From positions 54,779 through 74,778 of IMG/VR virus record IMGVR_UViG_3300028804_000004: a DNA stretch of 20,000 nucleotides; one strand, written 5' to 3'. This DNA comes from an uncultured virus (IMG/VR IMGVR_UViG_3300028804_000004) (taxonomy: Duplodnaviria; Heunggongvirae; Uroviricota; Caudoviricetes). Every line of letters begins with the position of its first letter. Within the stretch, counting starts at the first letter, position 1. Both the position numbers and the translations under genes were made by a program. The notes beneath the pieces were generated by a model. It saw only the letters and a list, made by a program, of their open reading frames with translations, was not told the origin of the DNA and did not search any database. Below, one piece after another: positions 16,423 through 20,000 of this stretch.

Positions 16423-18342
16423 TTATGACCCCGTAACCGTCCATCCTTTGTCTGTGGCAATAGACGGAGTATCCGCCGCCGTTCCCCAATTTGAAGAAAC
16501 CGTAATAGTTTGCCCGCTTACAGTGGCCAGGTTGGTATAAAGCGCGTCGAGAGCTGCCGCTGACAACTTACAGGAACCAATCGAAAAAGTGTATTTGAAC
16601 CCAGATGCGTCAATTCTCTCTAAGCCATAACAGGCCTCAAACATAGAAGTGTAAGAAGATGCAGAAGTTGCAGCACCGACATTGATAGCAGGAAGCCATT
16701 GTAATGAATTACATCCATTGAACATACTAGCGAAATTCGTTCCTGCCGCGGTATTCAGTAGCGGGACAAAAACCAAAGCGGTACAGTATTCGAACATACT
16801 AGAGAAGTTCGTTCCCAAAGCCGTATTCAGCAATGGGACAGAAGCCAAAGAGGCACAGCTAGAGAGCATATATGAAAAATTCGTTCCCGAAGCGGTGTTC
16901 AGCAATGGGATAGAAGACAAAGAATAACAGCCATGGAACATATATGAAAAATTCGTTCCTGCGGCGGTATTCAACAATGGGACAGAAGTCAAAGAGGAGC
17001 AGCTACCGAACATTCTAGAGAAATCCGTTCCCGAAGCGGTATTCAGCAATGGGATAGAATACAAAGAATAACAGCCATTGAACATAAATGTAAAAGTCGT
17101 TCCTGCAGCGGTATTCAGTAGCGGGACAGAAACCAAAGAGAAGCAACTAGCGAACATATATGAAAAATTCGTTCCTGAAGCGGTGTTCAGCAATGGGATA
17201 GAAGACAAAGAATAACAGCCATTGAACATATTAGAGAAGTTCGTTCCCAAAGCCGTATTCAGCAATGGGATAGAAGACAAAGAAAAACAGTTATTGAACA
17301 TACTAGAGAAAGTCGTTCCCGAAGCGGTGTTCAGCAATGGGATAGAAGACAAAGAAAAACAGTTATTGAACATACTAGAGAAAGTCGTTCCCGAAGCGGT
17401 GTTCAGCAATGGGATAGAAGACAAAGAATAACAGCCATTGAACATATTAGAGAAGTTCGTTCCCGCGGCGGTATTGAACAGCGGGACAGACTCCAATAAA
17501 GAACAGCCAACGAACATATAAGAGAAATTAGTACAAGAGGTAGCGGATAAAGCCGCTAAATTAGAAAAAGAGCGGCAATTATAAAATGCCCCACCCAATG
17601 AAGTAATTCCATTATTGCCAGTCAAGGAGAACTGCTTTAATAATCTATGCTCTACGTTTCGCGTTCCCGATGTACTAACTGTTAACGAAGTAAGATTTGC
17701 CCCCTCTACAGAGATATCCAACCACCCGCTTGAATACTGATTTAGCCCTGACTGATTATGTTTTACATTCAAATTTATCGACGTTAAATTATTAGCCGCT
17801 TGCGGGGTAATTACAATAACGGCCTGCTTATAAGCCAGCAATGTTCCACTGCCATCTGTGGTAAGTGTAATAGCTGACCCGCCAGAAGAGGTGGAGAGCT
17901 GAAACGTATTGGCCGTTGCAGAAATTACATAATATGGAGCATTTGCAGATATTCCAGTTGTAGATGTTATGGTCGCAAAGGCCACAACATCACCATCGGC
18001 ATAGCCGTGATTTGTCCGTGTAACGATATCCCCGCTATCTTGAAACGTCACCGGCCCATCAGTATTCGCCAAATCCGCATCTGAAAATGAATACTGATGA
18101 TAAGCGGTAGCTCCGCTTGTGAAATTTTCCGTCGTCCCATCGCCCCAATCTACCGTATAAGCATCAGAAACAGTAAAAGCGACAAACGACGCCTCTGGAA
18201 ACACCGCATACAGACCGGCAAGTTTCTGCAATCCCGATACTGAAGGCAATGTTGCCCACGTTGGGTTACGTTTCCAAATAGACGGTACTCTCGCTCCCGG
18301 CCAACGCGAGAGATTACGATCCATATAGCTTGTAATGCTCAT
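16423..18342 (-). CDS. BspA/DUF285-like leucine-rich repeat surface protein (639 aa), putative receptor-binding protein
   Basis: PKD-like YTVDWGDGT, an inserted NHGYADGDVV...YYVISATANTFQLS beta module, 11 conserved 24-aa repeats (NTASGTNFSxMFxxCxSLxSIPLL) and a capping IATDKGWTV C-terminus. No signal peptide. ATGA overlap with the upstream gene. Confidence 0.85.
   Translation of the reverse strand: MSITSYMDRNLSRWPGARVPSIWKRNPTWATLPSVSGLQKLAGLYAVFPEASFVAFTVSDAYTVDWGDGTTENFTSGATAYHQYSFSDADLANTDGPVTFQDSGDIVTRTNHGYADGDVVAFATITSTTGISANAPYYVISATANTFQLSTSSGGSAITLTTDGSGTLLAYKQAVIVITPQAANNLTSINLNVKHNQSGLNQYSSGWLDISVEGANLTSLTVSTSGTRNVEHRLLKQFSLTGNNGITSLGGAFYNCRSFSNLAALSATSCTNFSYMFVGCSLLESVPLFNTAAGTNFSNMFNGCYSLSSIPLLNTASGTTFSSMFNNCFSLSSIPLLNTASGTTFSSMFNNCFSLSSIPLLNTALGTNFSNMFNGCYSLSSIPLLNTASGTNFSYMFASCFSLVSVPLLNTAAGTTFTFMFNGCYSLYSIPLLNTASGTDFSRMFGSCSSLTSVPLLNTAAGTNFSYMFHGCYSLSSIPLLNTASGTNFSYMLSSCASLASVPLLNTALGTNFSSMFEYCTALVFVPLLNTAAGTNFASMFNGCNSLQWLPAINVGAATSASSYTSMFEACYGLERIDASGFKYTFSIGSCKLSAAALDALYTNLATVSGQTITVSSNWGTAADTPSIATDKGWTVTGS
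16684..17475 (-). repeat. 72-bp coding tandem repeat, 11 units (plus degenerate flanking units)
   Basis: 72-bp period read directly; units 17260-17331 and 17332-17403 are identical. Confidence 0.95.
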
Positions 18343-18668
18343 TCTGTAATCTCGACACCGAACAGATTGAATGCCACTGTTGCCGTTCCCGCATAAACAG
18401 AGACGACATCCGTAGTTGCTAACGTTATGCCAATAGACAGAGAAACAGTATCGTATTGATTGAGCAATACGTCATAGACCAAATAATGCTTATTATCTAT
18501 TGCCGCCCCACCTGGTCGCACCGCCACCCTAACCGTAGTAGATTCCCCTAAATTTGCAATGGCTATCGTAGACGCAACTGCCGATGTTGAAGCCGGAACC
18601 GTATATAGCGTCGTAAGTGTTGTCGCTGCCGGATTGCTTTGGCCTAGTACCTTATATGTGTTTGTCAT
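18339..18668 (-). CDS. Small beta-sandwich fibre connector-like protein (109 aa)
   Basis: TYKVLGQSNPAATTLTTLYTVP...RVAVRP...HYLVYD...GITLATTDVVSVYA...FNLFGVEI, recalled as a widespread environmental-phage structural family. Confidence 0.7.
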   Translation of the reverse strand: MTNTYKVLGQSNPAATTLTTLYTVPASTSAVASTIAIANLGESTTVRVAVRPGGAAIDNKHYLVYDVLLNQYDTVSLSIGITLATTDVVSVYAGTATVAFNLFGVEITE

Positions 18669-18674
18669 AGTATG

Positions 18675-18908
18675 TCATATCCTGGCGAAAAGAAAAAAAT
18701 GAGGATGACTGCCAGTGGCCCCGGTAGCCCCGGCAGGCCCCTGAGGTCCGGTATCGCCTGGTAAACCTTGCGCTCCTTGAGGACCAGTATCGCCTTGTAA
18801 ACCTTGCGGCCCAGTATCACCTTGTAAACCTTGCGCTCCTTGCGGACCAGTATCTCCTTTAGTACCAGCAAGTACACGCCTAGCAAAAATAGGGTTAAAA
18901 TCAGACAT
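18675..18908 (-). CDS. Minimal collagen-like protein (77 aa; ~18 Gly-X-Y triplets)
   Basis: MSDFNPIFA leader, uninterrupted GXY from GTK to GSH, and hydrophobic C-terminal [10 protein letters not shown]. Confidence 0.85.
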   Translation of the reverse strand: MSDFNPIFARRVLAGTKGDTGPQGAQGLQGDTGPQGLQGDTGPQGAQGLPGDTGPQGPAGATGATGSHPHFFLFARI

Positions 18909-18924
18909 TTACTTTCTCGCCTAT

Positions 18925-19371
18925 TTACGTGAGATTAGTAGCTATATTCAAATTAATACTTACTACCAACTTAGTAGGAGTATCAGAGATTGCAGAAATA
19001 TCTAAATAAATCCAATTACCTGCCGCAATGTCAGCATTAGATAGGTCAGAATCAACAAAAGCAGGGGTAGTGGTAGCGGTAAATTCGCTACCCATAACAT
19101 TAGTACCAGCAGAAGTGGGGTCGGACCTTTCCTCAATGTTAAATTCTGCATTAGTAGCGCCAATTACATAAGCATCTATGCGCCTTACGGTTAGGCTGTC
19201 AAATACTCTAAATCCAGGATGTTCGCCTATGGCCGGGTTGTCAATTTCCCAGACCCATGCAACACTGGAAGGGCCTGTAGCACCAGTAGCTCCATCAGCT
19301 CCGGCAGGCCCAGCGTCTCCCTTAGCACCGTAAATTACACTACTAGCAAATATTGGGTTAAAACTAGGCAT
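18925..19371 (-). CDS. Short collagen + C-terminal beta-domain protein (148 aa), putative head spike/fibre
   Basis: MPSFNPIFA leader, 7 GXY triplets, then a ~110-aa beta domain (IAAGNWIYLDISAIS...LVVSINL). Confidence 0.75.
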   Translation of the reverse strand: MPSFNPIFASSVIYGAKGDAGPAGADGATGATGPSSVAWVWEIDNPAIGEHPGFRVFDSLTVRRIDAYVIGATNAEFNIEERSDPTSAGTNVMGSEFTATTTPAFVDSDLSNADIAAGNWIYLDISAISDTPTKLVVSINLNIATNLT

Positions 19372-19392
19372 CGTCTACACCGCACTAATAAT

Positions 19393-19692
19393 TTACGCCA
19401 ACAACTCAACAATCATGTCGTCATTTATAGCCGACACTTTGATAGCATTCACTGGAGAAAGAATGGAATCAATAGAGACCCCAGTTACTTCCCCCTGTTC
19501 CCATTCGGCCCAATACGCCGTGTTGGCATTGATATTAGATACTGGAGATACAGAATAGTACACGTTCCCAGACCCACTATCTCCAGGAATAAGGTTAAGC
19601 GTGATAGGTGGAGAGATTTTATGAAGTAGGAAAACTTCTTCCGTACCCGCAGGAATGGTTTTCCGTATAGATATCTGGCGAGAAGCAGACAT
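19393..19692 (-). CDS. Small beta-rich protein (99 aa), possible capsid spike base/decoration
   Basis: Strong TAAGGAG SD 8 nt upstream. First gene after the capsid gene. WAEWEQGEV...SPVNAIKV pattern. Confidence 0.65.
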   Translation of the reverse strand: MSASRQISIRKTIPAGTEEVFLLHKISPPITLNLIPGDSGSGNVYYSVSPVSNINANTAYWAEWEQGEVTGVSIDSILSPVNAIKVSAINDDMIVELLA

Positions 19693-19700
19693 ATTTCACA

Positions 19701-19737
19701 CTCCTTAGAGACGGAGAGAGAGGGTGCCATCCTTGGC
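19701..19737 (-). promoter_or_regulatory. Candidate CsrA/RsmA binding site (GGA-loop hairpin + GGA in SD)
   Basis: Minus strand GCCA-AGGA-TGGC (19726-19737) contains CAAGGATG, followed ~20 nt later by the SD TAAGGAG (19701-19707). Confidence 0.45.
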
Positions 19738-19764
19738 TGGGGAGGACTCTTCTTACAGCTAGTA

Positions 19765-20000
19765 TTAGCTGAAATCTACCACGGTAAAGGCTTCATCTCG
19801 GAAACGGTAATACAGGTCTCCAAAATCCACCCTAAAGTAAGTAGAGCGTTGCAGCACCATGTTCTCGACGGCTTGATAGGTGGCGGAAACATCAACAGCT
19901 CGTCGAATGCCATACCGCTTATCAAACACAACCAACATATAGTCATCAAGAACGGTATCAGGAACAAGCAGCACTCTAGGAGACGCTGCCGCCCAGTTAA
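19765..20000 (-). CDS. Probable major capsid protein, C-terminal fragment
   Basis: The frame stays open to the window edge (...NWAAASPRVLLVPDT...). It ends FRVDFGDLYYRFRDEAFTVVDFS, like the HK97-fold R.D.G......EAF..L terminus, and lies upstream of the neck/tail module. Confidence 0.7.
   Translation of the reverse strand, partial: NWAAASPRVLLVPDTVLDDYMLVVFDKRYGIRRAVDVSATYQAVENMVLQRSTYFRVDFGDLYYRFRDEAFTVVDFS

Noticed and set aside
14797..16489. ORF-track starts at 15219, 16107 and 16489
   Set aside because: These would overlap upstream genes extensively. Internal ATGs at 15129 and 16420 fit the operon spacing better.
16682..17431. Plus-strand repetitive ORFs (NILEKFVPKAVFSNG...)
   Set aside because: They are the antisense reading of the 72-bp LRR repeats, not independent genes.
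16684..17475. CRISPR array, or a diversity-generating retroelement target/template pair
   Set aside because: The units are contiguous in-frame coding repeats without unique spacers. Differences include many non-adenine and synonymous changes, and no reverse transcriptase or separate template repeat is in the window. A DGR elsewhere in the genome cannot be excluded.
18665..19967. Alternate-frame ORFs 18665-18886, 19219-19629, 19485-19730 and 19776-19967
   Set aside because: They overlap better-supported genes (collagen, 99-aa and capsid) and have no supporting motifs.
1..20000. Stop-codon reassignment (alternative genetic code)
   Set aside because: Genes tile the minus strand almost without gaps under the standard code, with TAA, TGA and TAG all used as stops.

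Overview
This window is the virion-morphogenesis region of a long-tailed (siphovirus-like) dsDNA phage or prophage. All credible genes are on the minus strand and tightly packed. In transcription order (right to left) it holds: the 3' end of a probable major capsid gene; an ~8 kb block (11833-19692) of about 13 accessory fibre/adhesin genes; two small membrane proteins; head-tail adaptor, head closure, tail completion, tail terminator and tail tube genes; two tail assembly chaperone genes; and a >=2124-aa tape measure gene that runs off the left edge and is missing from the ORF track. The accessory block includes two collagen proteins, a 24-aa-repeat BspA/DUF285-like protein, a 22-24-aa-repeat protein and small adaptors. 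The most notable observations are: (1) the gpG/gpGT chaperone pair appears to arise from gene duplication plus an intervening terminator rather than a programmed frameshift; (2) an apparently modular fibre kit with shared short docking-like peptides and a possible ruler protein; (3) a mosaic, hypervariable LRR repeat array; (4) a CsrA/RsmA-like GGA hairpin directly after the capsid gene. Family assignments come from motif recognition and synteny only; no searches were run.
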